Source: Oligoflexales bacterium (GTDB lineage Bacteria; Bdellovibrionota_B; Oligoflexia; Oligoflexales; CAIYRB01). Taken from it: DNA of 64,000 nt. The notes under the pieces are model-generated. The model saw nothing but the letters and a program-made list of their open reading frames with translations. It was not told the origin of the DNA and searched no databases. The DNA lies in assembly GCA_041736175.1 (NCBI GenBank), contig JBGSUI010000240.1, positions 48,415-112,414 of the forward strand. Direction: 5' to 3'. A program made the translations under genes and the position numbers. Positions 19,543 to 29,927 of the stretch are shown piece after piece; the first letter of the stretch is position 1, and each line of letters starts with the position of its first letter.

Positions 19543-20724
19543 CTATTTTTCTAGGCTCCGCCGCAGCTGATTAAGTCCATCAACCCAATAAATAGCGCTG
19601 ATGTTGTCTATGTCCCGGTGGATCTTGTCTTGGGACCACAGCTCAAACTGAGCGTTAGGCCAGTCCCGCCTTACTATTTTTAGGTTCTTAGCTAGGGATT
19701 CAGCACAATTTTTCGAGGACTTAATCTCGATAAACTTAATCGTCTGTCCTGGTATTTCGATGACAAGATCGACCTCGATATCATTTTCATCTTTGTAGAA
19801 TGACACCTTTGCCTCAGGGGCATGATAGCGAAGTGTGTGAATCACCTGAGTTACGATCAGTTGCTCAAAAACCTCGCCATATAAGGATGTTCCCGGAGTT
19901 AATGCTACGCTTAGGGTTCGGCCCATGGCGCGGCATACTCCCGTGTCAAAAAAATAAAACTTTGGTGATTTCACTAATCGTTTGCGAAATGATAGTGAAA
20001 AAGGCAAGACTAAATGTCCTAGCAAGGTATCTTCGAGTATCGTGTAGTAAGACCCAACTGTCTTTGGATCAACACCGATTCCCGAGGCAATGTTAGAGTT
20101 ATTGATGATTTTTCCGTTTAATTGGGCTGCAACTTCGATGAATTTGCGAAATGGGTCAAGATTGCGGACAATCTGCTCACGTTGAATTTCTTCGCTGATA
20201 TAGGTGCGCACATAGCTTATCAAATAATCAAGCTTTTCTTCGTCATCATTGAGGGCAGTGACAAAGGGTAAAGTCCCCCAGGCCATTGCAGTTTCCGTTT
20301 CAATCGATCCATCGAGTTCTTCCCATACAAGCGGAAATAAATCACGGACAAAAGCCCGTCCCGCTAACAGGTTGGCACTTCCCTTCTTGAGTTTTCTGCC
20401 ACTTGATCCTGTTAAGACAAATCGATATTTGGGAGGATTGTTTTCTAGATAGTGATGCACCACATCAAGTAATTTTGGTACCTTTTGGACTTCGTCCAAG
20501 ATCACGGTATCGATGTCAGGTGGGAGTTTTTTTAGCTCACCAAGTAGCAGCTCAGGATCCCGTGCAAAGCGTTCTTCCACCGAGGGCAAAAGTAGATCCA
20601 ACAGGTAGACTTGGCTCTTTAGGAAGCGCTGTCGCAACAGGGTACTTTTGCCGGTCCCGCGGGCACCAAAAAGGAAAAAACTCTTTGATTTAGGTATATT
20701 AACAGATCGATCGAACAAGACCAT
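19543..20724 (-). CDS. AAA+ ATPase with DUF4143 / restriction-endonuclease-like C-terminus
   Basis: GARGTGKS, LDEVQ, LTGSS, LAGRA, PKFYFFDTG, EVDLVIE...IEIK. Confidence 0.9.
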   Translation of the reverse strand: MVLFDRSVNIPKSKSFFLFGARGTGKSTLLRQRFLKSQVYLLDLLLPSVEERFARDPELLLGELKKLPPDIDTVILDEVQKVPKLLDVVHHYLENNPPKYRFVLTGSSGRKLKKGSANLLAGRAFVRDLFPLVWEELDGSIETETAMAWGTLPFVTALNDDEEKLDYLISYVRTYISEEIQREQIVRNLDPFRKFIEVAAQLNGKIINNSNIASGIGVDPKTVGSYYTILEDTLLGHLVLPFSLSFRKRLVKSPKFYFFDTGVCRAMGRTLSVALTPGTSLYGEVFEQLIVTQVIHTLRYHAPEAKVSFYKDENDIEVDLVIEIPGQTIKFIEIKSSKNCAESLAKNLKIVRRDWPNAQFELWSQDKIHRDIDNISAIYWVDGLNQLRRSLEK

Positions 20725-20787
20725 ACTCCTAAAAAAAGGTCTATTTCAGGAGTCTATCCCTAAAATGAGGTCCGAGCAAGCATCGGC

Positions 20788-21090
20788 TTGCCCCGGGACC
20801 ACCGAACCTTCACCCAAGGCATTTCGAATTTAGGCCCGATTTCCATATTGGAACTCATCACGGTCAATCTAGAATTACAAAAAATTCGTGTTTACTCCAC
20901 TGGTAACTCGGCTTCCATCGAGATCAAAGTGCCTAAGGGTGCCTCGGTGAAAGCATTTGATTTTGGCTTTGGAGCGTTGCCAGGGGATATCACCTTCTCG
21001 GGCGAGGGTACTTGTGACTGTGCCAAAGGCACCACCTGGAGTGGAAACCAGTTTTCAACTCTGACCTGTGCCGGTAAAAAGATCAATTAA
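20788..21090 (+). pseudogene. Short ORF or gene remnant, unknown function
   Basis: Protein-like C-terminal half with three Cys; no convincing start. Confidence 0.25.
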
Positions 21091-21745
21091 GAGCTTAAAA
21101 ACTTAGATTATAAGACTTTTGGTCATTTTTTGCCTGGGGGCCTTTTAGGGCAGCATATGTCCATCGCCTCCAGGTAAAAGTTCGTTTACAACAAAAGTCC
21201 TATGAGACGAGATGACTACACCTATTTAACAGCAGTCGCAACCCAGGTCCTAAACCGCTGGTTGCCCATAGTAAACCCAATTCGAGCAAAGGACGTGTCC
21301 GATGGCCTGACTCCTCCTGCCATTCTCCCTTCGGAGTCTCCGAGCTTCCCGTGGTTCCAAGTGGGCCTATAGAGAATGTAGGACATTCAATGCATGTTGC
21401 TTTTTTGAAAATGCCTGTTGCTTTTTAACTGATTGATCCTTCGTCACCCATTTGTCCATGGACAGGGCCATACTCATCACTCAAATCAGATTGCGCTGAC
21501 AAAGAGGAAGCAAACAAAAAATCTATTAAATATAAGAACAAAAGTCAAGCCGCCGAGAAATGGCGTCGAGAGAGAGACGCAAAATGTGGAGAAAACAACA
21601 AAGCATCCCATCACTTCAGCAACAAAAAAAAACCGAAGCGAACCCCCCGATGACATCAAGGAATTCGCTTCTAAAAGGAGACGATGAAACGCTATAGGAA
21701 ATGGCCAAGGAACCTCAGCCATTAAACCTCACGGGAGACAGTCGC

Positions 21746-22984
21746 TTAGAGCTCACACCCAATCACTTCGCGCTTAACAATCTGCTGAAGAGCTTGGGTG
21801 AGACCCTGGGCATCCACCACTTCGTAGCTTTTGCGGTCGCAGAGAGTGACTCCATCGGCACAAGCACGGTCTACTTTGCTACTGATCTTAAGCAAGGTGC
21901 TCGGCTCAGGATCGCCGCCGCCGGTGGCTCGACCGACGATGGAGTCTATATAGGCTGTAAAATCACTAAACTTATTTTCGTCGTACCAATGTTGGCCACT
22001 GGTAGCGAAATATTGGTCGTCGATTCCTTTCATCATAACCCTATGCTTTTCGGCCCGGGCTAAGCGTGAGTCCTTGGCAGGATAATAGACGGTAAAGATC
22101 TCAATCCCCCCAGCCATAAGCGCCTCAGCCTGGGCTGCGGCAAGACCGGGGTTGCGATCAGTGGCTTCGCCGTCCGTTACAAAAAGGGCGACCTTAGACC
22201 GTTGGTCGTCAGGTGTTGACTTAAAGACTTGCTCAAGACTTGCCATGGCAGAACCATAGGGGGTCATCCCGTAGGGTGACCGGGTAAACTGAAGAGAAGT
22301 TTGGAATTCTGAACGTTTGTCTTGGGTCGTATCCATAAACGATTTTTCGATTTTAGATCCCGATACATAATCAGCTTGGGTCGGGAAGGACGTCACTGCC
22401 AACTGGGATTTAGCCAGCGGATTGGCAGCATCCGACTCGGCCACGCCTTTAAGCAAATCATAGACGGCCAGAGCTGCTTTTTCTCGGTTGGTTTCGAGGG
22501 TGCATTTATAGAGAGACGATCCGTTAAATTCACCTGTTTTGATAGCTCCAGGGCAATCAGTCTCAGCATTGGAGTTGGAGTTATCGACCACAATGACCAT
22601 CTTGGTACCCGTGCGTTTTTCTGTAGGGGTGCATTTTGGCACCTCTTTAGGCACGGTTGCTATTCCCGTTCCGGGAGCTGGCTCTGTAGGTGGTTTGGGC
22701 TCTTGGGGAGGAGCCACCACAGGTGGAGCCTCACCCCCCGGGGCAGGTTGCACCGGCTTAGGCAGCTCCGCTACTTCGGTCTCGCCTACACCTATTCCGC
22801 CCTCCTCGGGCTTTTTTACCTCAGGAGTCGGCTTCTCGGCCTGATCCACCGGAGGCGCGGGAGGCGTCGCCGTGGTGACCGGAGAGTCTTGCCCCCTCTC
22901 TGGGGTCTTGCCTGAAAACTTGGCCGTGCTACAGGACCAAGTGACAGAACTTAGCACAATCATTGACAGGATTTTGTTTTCCAT
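21746..22984 (-). CDS. vWA-domain lipoprotein with Pro-rich linker
   Basis: Lipobox VTWSC; P/E-rich stalk; MIDAS DNSNS, MTP, FVTDG. Confidence 0.8.
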   Translation of the reverse strand: MENKILSMIVLSSVTWSCSTAKFSGKTPERGQDSPVTTATPPAPPVDQAEKPTPEVKKPEEGGIGVGETEVAELPKPVQPAPGGEAPPVVAPPQEPKPPTEPAPGTGIATVPKEVPKCTPTEKRTGTKMVIVVDNSNSNAETDCPGAIKTGEFNGSSLYKCTLETNREKAALAVYDLLKGVAESDAANPLAKSQLAVTSFPTQADYVSGSKIEKSFMDTTQDKRSEFQTSLQFTRSPYGMTPYGSAMASLEQVFKSTPDDQRSKVALFVTDGEATDRNPGLAAAQAEALMAGGIEIFTVYYPAKDSRLARAEKHRVMMKGIDDQYFATSGQHWYDENKFSDFTAYIDSIVGRATGGGDPEPSTLLKISSKVDRACADGVTLCDRKSYEVVDAQGLTQALQQIVKREVIGCEL

Positions 22985-23448
22985 AGATCCACGCACTTCT
23001 AAATGGCTTCGTTTCAGCATCATCATCCACCCACATTCCACAGCAATTGTTAGCGCATCTCTTGATATTAATGATACTCATTGATATCATTTTTTATCGA
23101 TTAGCCCATTGAGCTAACCTAACTATTATTTACTATATAAATTTATTTAAATCAACTAATTTTTTGTTTATTTAAACTGTATAAAGTATAGACACCTGTA
23201 GAACAGGGCCACCGTCAACCCCATGAAAAAGCTACCCCAAAAGTTCGAAAAACAGACGCAAGGATCCTAATCCCGTGTTTTTCCGCAAACTCAGCGAACG
23301 GCATCATTAGATCAGGGTGTCAAGCATGAAAAAATTCATCCACCTGTCCCATACTCGCAAACTAGCACTGGACCCGTCGCCAAGCCAAAAGACACTTGAG
23401 CAGATCCTGTGGCCGTCGACCATTACGGAAGCACGCTGCCTTTGATTT

Positions 23449-23859
23449 CTAAAGAGTGACAACCAGATTTTTTGGTAACCTGCGTGCTGCTTCTTTATCT
23501 GCTGTAAGCCATACTCCGCCAACTTCTTTGGCGGTGACCACGTAAATAGAATCGTAAACACTGATTCCATACTCGCAGGCAAGGGCCGAAGCCTTGAGCA
23601 AAAAGCCGCCGGCAGTCGGTAAGATCTGGAAACCAAGATCAATGACGGTTTGCAAAGCATTGTTGACGAAGGATTTCGTCCATTTTGACTTGCGCACGAG
23701 GACAGCCGCCATTTCGATAAAAAATAGATCAGGGACAATGACCATCTCGGGCTGATCGCCAATTTTACGCAAAATCTCGGCAGCCTCTTGGTGACCTATC
23801 TCGCTGCGATAAAACCATTTAACGGCGACCGACGCATCCAAAACAAAAAGCTGCGTCAT
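23449..23859 (-). CDS. vapC: VapC PIN-domain toxin
   Basis: VLDASVAVKWF, E, ISVYDSIYV, LTAD; ATGA overlap with the antitoxin. Confidence 0.9.
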   Translation of the reverse strand: MTQLFVLDASVAVKWFYRSEIGHQEAAEILRKIGDQPEMVIVPDLFFIEMAAVLVRKSKWTKSFVNNALQTVIDLGFQILPTAGGFLLKASALACEYGISVYDSIYVVTAKEVGGVWLTADKEAARRLPKNLVVTL

Positions 23860-24134
23860 AACTTTTTCTGCCCCCCGCGTAGCTCGCGTAATATATCTTC
23901 TGCCGGGCATGGATCATCAGCAATAGCCGCGGAGTCCAGTATTTTTTTAATCAGCGCTATGCGTCGCTCATGGGCGTCGCGATCAACAAAGCGCATCTGA
24001 TAATCCTCAAGTGAGATCAAGACGGCTGCTGGTTTGCGCCCATTCTCCACTAAGATCGGCTCGCCAGTACGGCGCAAGGTGGCGAGCACCTTAGTCACGG
24101 ACTGCCTTAGAGTTAAGCTACTGATTGTTTTCAT
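23856..24134 (-). CDS. Phd/YefM-family antitoxin
   Basis: MKTISSLTLRQ...GEPILVENGRKPAAVLISLEDY. Confidence 0.85.
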   Translation of the reverse strand: MKTISSLTLRQSVTKVLATLRRTGEPILVENGRKPAAVLISLEDYQMRFVDRDAHERRIALIKKILDSAAIADDPCPAEDILRELRGGQKKL

Positions 24135-24147
24135 GAATGACTCCAAT

Positions 24148-24166
24148 GTGTCATCAATCATGACAC
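24148..24166. promoter_or_regulatory. Operator palindrome of the phd-vapC locus
   Basis: GTGTCAT-caatc-ATGACAC immediately upstream of the antitoxin. Confidence 0.6.
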
Positions 24167-24348
24167 GTGGCATGTCCTATGTCAAATATCTTGGTTGAAG
24201 TGGTTGAATTGCCAGAGGTGGAAGCAAATACGGTGGTGTCTCCTGGCACGGCAGATTCCTCGTCGTTTTTTTCCACAGCAAGGAAGCCTCATGGCAAAAC
24301 AAGATAAATATCGGGACCCTGTATTACAGCGAGTCAAAAAGCAACTTT

Positions 24349-25344
24349 CTACCGATGCATCATCACGCGGGTTTGTTGCAGTATTGTCCCTGGGTTTTCT
24401 AAATAAGGACGGTATTCTTCCCGTTTGAGCACCACAGTGCGGACAAAAGAGGCCAGTGCCCCCGCGATCCAGGTCCTAAACCCCTGTGGGTCCATCTCTA
24501 CGGACGAATAACAAAAGCGACTTGCCCGCAGCATATCAAGATAAACCCCCTCAAGCATATCAGCATGTCCGTATTGCAGAGCTTCCATATAATACTTAGG
24601 TCCCGCAAAGTGGTCATAAAAATAGGTCCCCGAAATCCCATCAGGAGCACAAGGTGGCCACAGACCGCCGAGATTTCGTCCCGATTTGCGACCAAAACCC
24701 GAAGCTAGGATCAGTAGGGGAATCCCGTCATCAAAAAACTCATCCTGTTGAACCGTACCTCCATCCTTTTGGAAAGGATAGGAGTTAACCGGGTCAATCA
24801 GGACCAAAGCCGCGAGGTGGTTTTTATAGGACTTGTAAAAGTCCATCATGGTCTTAACCGATGAGCTATGTCCCGAGGCGATGAGTTGGTCCCAATGGGC
24901 GCGGATATCGGATTGGAGACCTGCTTTTTTAAGCTCTAAGCTTAAGTGTCGTTTGAGCCAATAGATCGACTGTATAAACTCAAGGCTCACCCGGCCCGAA
25001 CTCTGTGGGCCGACAAACCCTACAAAAGGTGCGATCACGATGATTCCCCGCTCGGCGATTTTGGCAAAAGTCTGGACGTAGCCAAAGGGCGGGGCAACAC
25101 CGTTGAGGCCGGTTAGAAACAGATAAACAGGATATTCACCAGGATTCCTTGGCGTCCAAACATCAAGGCTAAGGGGCAGACCCGATGTTTTATTTTGCGG
25201 GATCACCTGATGGTGAATCCCTAAGGAGTCAGAAATGTTTTCCAAATAAGGAGACGGTGTTTCCAACTCTAAAGTCTGGCCCATCGATAAACCTGCCCAC
25301 CCCAAAACAAGCAAACCGATAAGAATGAGTTGCCTTCCTCCCAT
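24349..25344 (-). CDS. Secreted chlorophyllase-like alpha/beta hydrolase
   Basis: Signal peptide; PGEYPVYLF, GHSSS elbow, IDPV, PPCAPDG, YGHADML. Confidence 0.7.
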   Translation of the reverse strand: MGGRQLILIGLLVLGWAGLSMGQTLELETPSPYLENISDSLGIHHQVIPQNKTSGLPLSLDVWTPRNPGEYPVYLFLTGLNGVAPPFGYVQTFAKIAERGIIVIAPFVGFVGPQSSGRVSLEFIQSIYWLKRHLSLELKKAGLQSDIRAHWDQLIASGHSSSVKTMMDFYKSYKNHLAALVLIDPVNSYPFQKDGGTVQQDEFFDDGIPLLILASGFGRKSGRNLGGLWPPCAPDGISGTYFYDHFAGPKYYMEALQYGHADMLEGVYLDMLRASRFCYSSVEMDPQGFRTWIAGALASFVRTVVLKREEYRPYLENPGTILQQTRVMMHR

Positions 25345-25443
25345 GGATATAAACCCTCCCTCAAATATATCTTTTTTGACGCATTAATCTCCGGTTCTAA
25401 CGTGCCGGTAATATGCGAGTCCGTCAATGTCAACCTTAGGGTT

Positions 25444-26538
25444 TTAGCGGCTTCTTCCTTGTCCTATATGCAAAAACTGCGGACTCAAACCTGAAAACCT
25501 AAGAGGTATAGCTAGCTGCTTTTGTTTTTTGCCTAAAGGATCCAGAGGGTTCACGGGGACTTCGACCACCCACTGTTGAGCCTCATGGTGAGGATCCACA
25601 AAGATTTCCTCAAACTCTTGGACAGGCTCCACACAGACATCAACCTTAGAAAAAATCTCCTGCCACACCTGCAGGGTCTCTTGGGCGATCCGTGCGGCAA
25701 CCTTTTGTTTGAGTTCAAGCTTAGACAGCACTACACCAAGCCAGGAGAGACCACCAATCGCCTCCAGGAAACCTTTTACAAATTTTGGTTCCAAAGTTCC
25801 CACGCTAAGGTATCGTTGGTCTTTGGTACGGTAGAACCCATAGATCCCCGCACCGTTTAGCTCTGTGGACTCCCACCGAGGACTCTGGCCCGCAGCGAGC
25901 TCCATCTGCGCCCAAAGCGACGAGAGAAACAAGCCTGAAGCCGCAAGGCTAATATCCACGGCCTGCCCCTCCCCGGTTCTCTCCCGATGATAAAGCGCCA
26001 TAAGGATTCCAATCACACCGTGCAGCGATCCTCCCAGATCACACAGTGGAACCCCCGTCGGCACAGGACCCGCCGCGAGAGAACCATTCATGACGGCCAC
26101 GCCCGATCTTGCTGCATAGTTGATATCATGACCTGCCCGATCTCGCATTGGTCCTTCTTGGCCATATCCACTGATCGATGCATAAATCAGTTTTGGATTT
26201 ATTTTTTTAAGCGTTTCATATCCAAAACCGAGTTTTTCCATCGTCCCAGGTCGAAACTGCTGGACGACTATATCGGTGTCTGGGATCAAATCTAAGATCT
26301 TTTGGCGCCCGTCTGGGGTTTTAAGGTCAACCACCATCACGGTTTTATTGCGCCCCAAAAACCCGTAGGTCGTGCTTTGGCCATCCGCAAAAGGCGGCAT
26401 CACCTGGGCCAAGTCCTCACGACCTGGTGCTTCGACGACCGTCACTTCGGCCCCCCAATCCCCCAGGTACAGGGTCGCAAAGGGGCCCGGCAGCAACGAA
26501 CTAAAATCGAGGACCCGAAGCCCCTTTAAAGGAAGCAT
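25444..26538 (-). CDS. CaiB/BaiF family III CoA-transferase / methylacyl-CoA racemase
   Basis: PLKGLRVLDFSSLLPGP, FRPG, GYGQEGP, AGHDINY. Confidence 0.92.
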   Translation of the reverse strand: MLPLKGLRVLDFSSLLPGPFATLYLGDWGAEVTVVEAPGREDLAQVMPPFADGQSTTYGFLGRNKTVMVVDLKTPDGRQKILDLIPDTDIVVQQFRPGTMEKLGFGYETLKKINPKLIYASISGYGQEGPMRDRAGHDINYAARSGVAVMNGSLAAGPVPTGVPLCDLGGSLHGVIGILMALYHRERTGEGQAVDISLAASGLFLSSLWAQMELAAGQSPRWESTELNGAGIYGFYRTKDQRYLSVGTLEPKFVKGFLEAIGGLSWLGVVLSKLELKQKVAARIAQETLQVWQEIFSKVDVCVEPVQEFEEIFVDPHHEAQQWVVEVPVNPLDPLGKKQKQLAIPLRFSGLSPQFLHIGQGRSR

Positions 26539-26573
26539 ATCCCACCCCTTAAACAGCAAACGGTTGGCAGTTT

Positions 26574-27722
26574 CTATAAGAGCTGCAGATGCCTAGCGAC
26601 GACGGTTTTCATAATTTCGTTGGTTCCCGCATAGATCCTGCCGATCCTAGCATTCACGTACATCTTGCTGATAGGATACTCGGTCATATAGCCGTAGCCG
26701 CCGTGGAGCTGCAGGCATTCGTCGGTCACCTTGCACGCCAGATCGGAAATCCAGTACTTCGCAGCACAGGCCTGCTCGACCGTTAACTGCCCTTTGTTTT
26801 GTAGAGTGATCATATGATCCACATAGACCTGAGCCAGGTCGGTTTCAGCGACCATCTCTGCCATCTTAAACTGAGTGTTTTGAAACGCACTGAGGGGTTT
26901 GCCAAAAACGTTGCGTTCTTTGACATATTTAAGGGTTATTTCGAGGGCTGCGCGACAAGTCGCCGCAGCACCAATCGCCAGAGTCAGGCGTTCGGTTGCC
27001 AGCTGGGTCATCAGATACCGAAACCCATGGGTAGGATCTCCCAGAATATTGTTGGGTTTTACTTTGACATTTTCAAAGAAAAGCTCTGCGGTATCTTGGG
27101 AAAGTAGACCTATTTTTTTAAGGGGCTGGCCCCGTTGAAACCCATGGTCATCAGATTCGACAATAAAAAGCCCCATGGCTTTGGGATTTTTAGGATCTGT
27201 TTTAGCCGCCACGATCACTACGTCGGCGTTGAGGGCATTTGAGATAAAGGTTTTTTGTCCATTCAGCACCCAACATCCCCCCGCCTGTTCGGCAACCGTG
27301 CGCATACTTGCAAGGTCGCTCCCAGCCTGGGGCTCAGTCATGGCGATGGCGAGGATGTTTTCACCACTCACGACTTTAGGGATGAGACGCGCCTTTTGCT
27401 CCTCAGTCCCGTAAGCTAAAAGATAAGGGGCCACGACAGAGGTATGAAGCCCTAACATCAATCCGTATTCGTTGCAGGCCGCAAGCTCTTCAAGCATGAC
27501 GGCTTCGTAGCGAAAATCCTTAATCCCAAGCCCACCGTACCGTTCATCGGCTTGGGGCACCAAAAATCCTAGCTCCCCACACTCTCTCCAGAGAGCCTTA
27601 GGGACGATCCCTTCCCGCTCAAACTGAGCTTGGAAAGGGATCACTTTGGTCTCTAAAAATTTTCGAAAACTGCTGCGAAACAGCTCGTGTTCGCTTTCAT
27701 AGATCGTTCTTGGCGTCAGCAT
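26574..27722 (-). CDS. Acyl-CoA dehydrogenase
   Basis: AIAMTEPQAGSDL, NGQKTFISN, LQLHGGYGYM, IYAGTNEIM. Confidence 0.95.
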   Translation of the reverse strand: MLTPRTIYESEHELFRSSFRKFLETKVIPFQAQFEREGIVPKALWRECGELGFLVPQADERYGGLGIKDFRYEAVMLEELAACNEYGLMLGLHTSVVAPYLLAYGTEEQKARLIPKVVSGENILAIAMTEPQAGSDLASMRTVAEQAGGCWVLNGQKTFISNALNADVVIVAAKTDPKNPKAMGLFIVESDDHGFQRGQPLKKIGLLSQDTAELFFENVKVKPNNILGDPTHGFRYLMTQLATERLTLAIGAAATCRAALEITLKYVKERNVFGKPLSAFQNTQFKMAEMVAETDLAQVYVDHMITLQNKGQLTVEQACAAKYWISDLACKVTDECLQLHGGYGYMTEYPISKMYVNARIGRIYAGTNEIMKTVVARHLQLL

Positions 27723-27759
27723 AGGGTTTCCCTTTTGAAAGGTCCATTCCTCGGAGTTT

Positions 27760-29916
27760 TTACAGAAATAGCTCGTTGCGTTCACAGCGTTCTATCAGAG
27801 ATTTAGGGGGTTCAAACCGAGATCCATAGAGACGGCTTAACTCCCAGGCGCGGTTGGTAAACTGTTTGAGTCCATAGGTATTGATAAACTGCAAAGTCCC
27901 ACCGCTTGCCGGGACAAACCCAAAGCCAAAGATTGACCCAAGATTGGCCTCCGGCACACTTTGGACGACGTTTTCTTCTAGGATTCTGACTGTCTCCAAA
28001 GCCTGAATAAAGGTCAACCGATCCTTGATATCTTGGAACGGAATCTCCACGCCTTTGAAAATATGAAAAAGCTCTGGCCAAAGATACTTTCGTCCCTCTT
28101 TTGGATACTCATAGAAGCCAGCACCGTGGGCTTTTCCTTTGCGTTGGAAATGATGCAGCATCTTCTGAATCACAACACTCCCAGGGTGTACAGGGGCCGA
28201 GAGACCCTGCTCACGAAAGTCTTGTTCCGTAGCCTTTTGCACCAGCTCAAACAGCACCAAGCTGACTTCATCAGAGACCGCCAAGGGTCCCACAGGCATT
28301 CCCGCAAGCACGGCTGCCCGCTCGATGGCCGCCGGGTTTTGCCCCTCAGCCAAGAGAGCCATACCCTCTGCCGTAAAAGTCCCAAAAACCCGAGAGGTGT
28401 AAAACCCGCGGCTGTCGTTGACGACGATCGGGATCTTATCGATCTGGCGCACAAAATCAAAACACCGGGCCACCGTCTGCCGTGAGGTTTTGCTGCCTTT
28501 AATCACCTCAACCAGTTGCATTTTGTCTACAGGAGAAAAGAAATGCAGACCGATAAAGTTTTCTTTTTTAGAGACCGCGTCCGCCAGACTGGTGATCGGC
28601 AAGGTCGAAGTATTTGACGCAATGACTGCATGGGGGCTCACTAAATTGGCTATTTTTTCGGTGACGTCACGTTTGACGAGACGATCTTCAAAGACCGCTT
28701 CGATCACCAGATCGCAGGAGTCCATTGGCTCATAAGAGCCCACCGGGACAATTCTCGATAGAATCGCGGTTTTTTCTTGGTCAGTAACAGCTCCTTTACG
28801 CACCCGTTCCGTCAGGATTTTCTCACTGATCCCTTTGCCTTTTTGGGCGGCTTCAAGGTCTCGGTCCTTGAGGAACACCGTAAATCCCGCCTTAGCGGCA
28901 GCAAAGGCAATCCCCGCGCCCATCATTCCTGCACCCAGGATTCCAATGGTTTTAAAGGGAGGATATTCGGTATCCTCTCCTCTAAATTTTCCTTGTTTGA
29001 TATCCTTGAGTTGAGACCAATAAGCAAGCATCATATTACGGGCCGTGGGTCCCTTGGCGAGTTTGACAAAAGCCCGGCTTTCGATCCGTAGCGCCGTGTC
29101 TAGATCAACATAAAGCGACTGAACCGCCACGGATAGAATAGCTTCGGGTGCGGCAAAACAGCCCTTTGTCTTGTCGATCAGCATCGCGGGAATCACTGCT
29201 AGTTTTTCTGCAAGCCCAGGATTTTTTGGTGTTCCGCCAGGAATCCGGTCATTTTTGTCGTCAAACTTTTGATGAAACTGGGTTTGGGACAATATCCAAT
29301 GTTTCGCCTGGGCCATCATCCCGGGAAGGCTGATACAAATCCCGTCGATAAGCCCCCCTTCAAGGGCTTGGGTCGGACCAAAGGATTTTCCTTCGATGAG
29401 TATCGGCAGTGCTTTTTCGAGGCCTAAAAGCCTAACCAATCGAACCACTCCTCCAGCCCCGGGCATTAAACCGAGGTTGACTTCTGGCAATGCTATCCGG
29501 GAATGACTCGTTTCTAGCAAAAGTCTATGGTGGCATGCCAAAGATAGCTCGTAGCCTCCACCTAAAGCACTGCCGTTCATCGCTGCCACGACCGGTAGAC
29601 CTAGGGTTTCGAGGAGCCTAAAAGTTTTTTTCAAATCTTCGGTCACCGCAAAAAGCTGTGCAGCTTCTTCAGAAACCAAGGCCAGCATTTCGTTAAGATC
29701 ACCACCAGCCACAAATGACTTTTTAGCTGACGTGACAATCACGCCTTTCAGGTTGGCTTTTTCCTGTGCTAGCCGCTCGATCGTCTGGCGGAGTGCGCGG
29801 CAAAAACTTTGGTTTAGAGTATTGACCCCATGACCTTGGACATCCATAGTCAAGGTGACGATATTGTCGTGATCTTTTTCCCATTTGATATGGTTTTGTA
29901 ACTGAGTCATAGACAT
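27760..29916 (-). CDS. fadB: Fatty-acid oxidation complex alpha subunit (enoyl-CoA hydratase / 3-hydroxyacyl-CoA dehydrogenase)
   Basis: AGGDL, ALGGGYEL, PEVNLGL, GAGMMGAG, ASNTSTL, GLHFFSP. Confidence 0.95.
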   Translation of the reverse strand: MSMTQLQNHIKWEKDHDNIVTLTMDVQGHGVNTLNQSFCRALRQTIERLAQEKANLKGVIVTSAKKSFVAGGDLNEMLALVSEEAAQLFAVTEDLKKTFRLLETLGLPVVAAMNGSALGGGYELSLACHHRLLLETSHSRIALPEVNLGLMPGAGGVVRLVRLLGLEKALPILIEGKSFGPTQALEGGLIDGICISLPGMMAQAKHWILSQTQFHQKFDDKNDRIPGGTPKNPGLAEKLAVIPAMLIDKTKGCFAAPEAILSVAVQSLYVDLDTALRIESRAFVKLAKGPTARNMMLAYWSQLKDIKQGKFRGEDTEYPPFKTIGILGAGMMGAGIAFAAAKAGFTVFLKDRDLEAAQKGKGISEKILTERVRKGAVTDQEKTAILSRIVPVGSYEPMDSCDLVIEAVFEDRLVKRDVTEKIANLVSPHAVIASNTSTLPITSLADAVSKKENFIGLHFFSPVDKMQLVEVIKGSKTSRQTVARCFDFVRQIDKIPIVVNDSRGFYTSRVFGTFTAEGMALLAEGQNPAAIERAAVLAGMPVGPLAVSDEVSLVLFELVQKATEQDFREQGLSAPVHPGSVVIQKMLHHFQRKGKAHGAGFYEYPKEGRKYLWPELFHIFKGVEIPFQDIKDRLTFIQALETVRILEENVVQSVPEANLGSIFGFGFVPASGGTLQFINTYGLKQFTNRAWELSRLYGSRFEPPKSLIERCERNELFL

Positions 29917-29927
29917 CCTCTCGGGTT

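Noticed and set aside
16673..21153. Loose GGGGCCTTTT(T)AG motif at ~16675 and ~21137 (also ~4800)
   Set aside because: Short, low-complexity and inconsistent in context.
21180..21722. Intergenic stretch with small ORFs as a possible ncRNA or small membrane protein
   Set aside because: No recognisable motif, convincing RBS or structure.
23327..23410. Possible tnpB 5' remnant (MKKFIHLSHTRKLALDPSPSQKTL)
   Set aside because: The resemblance is too short to support without a search.
24291..24348. Possible start of a nucleotidyltransferase antitoxin gene (MAKQDKYRDPVLQRVKKQL)
   Set aside because: Under 20 codons with no diagnostic motif.
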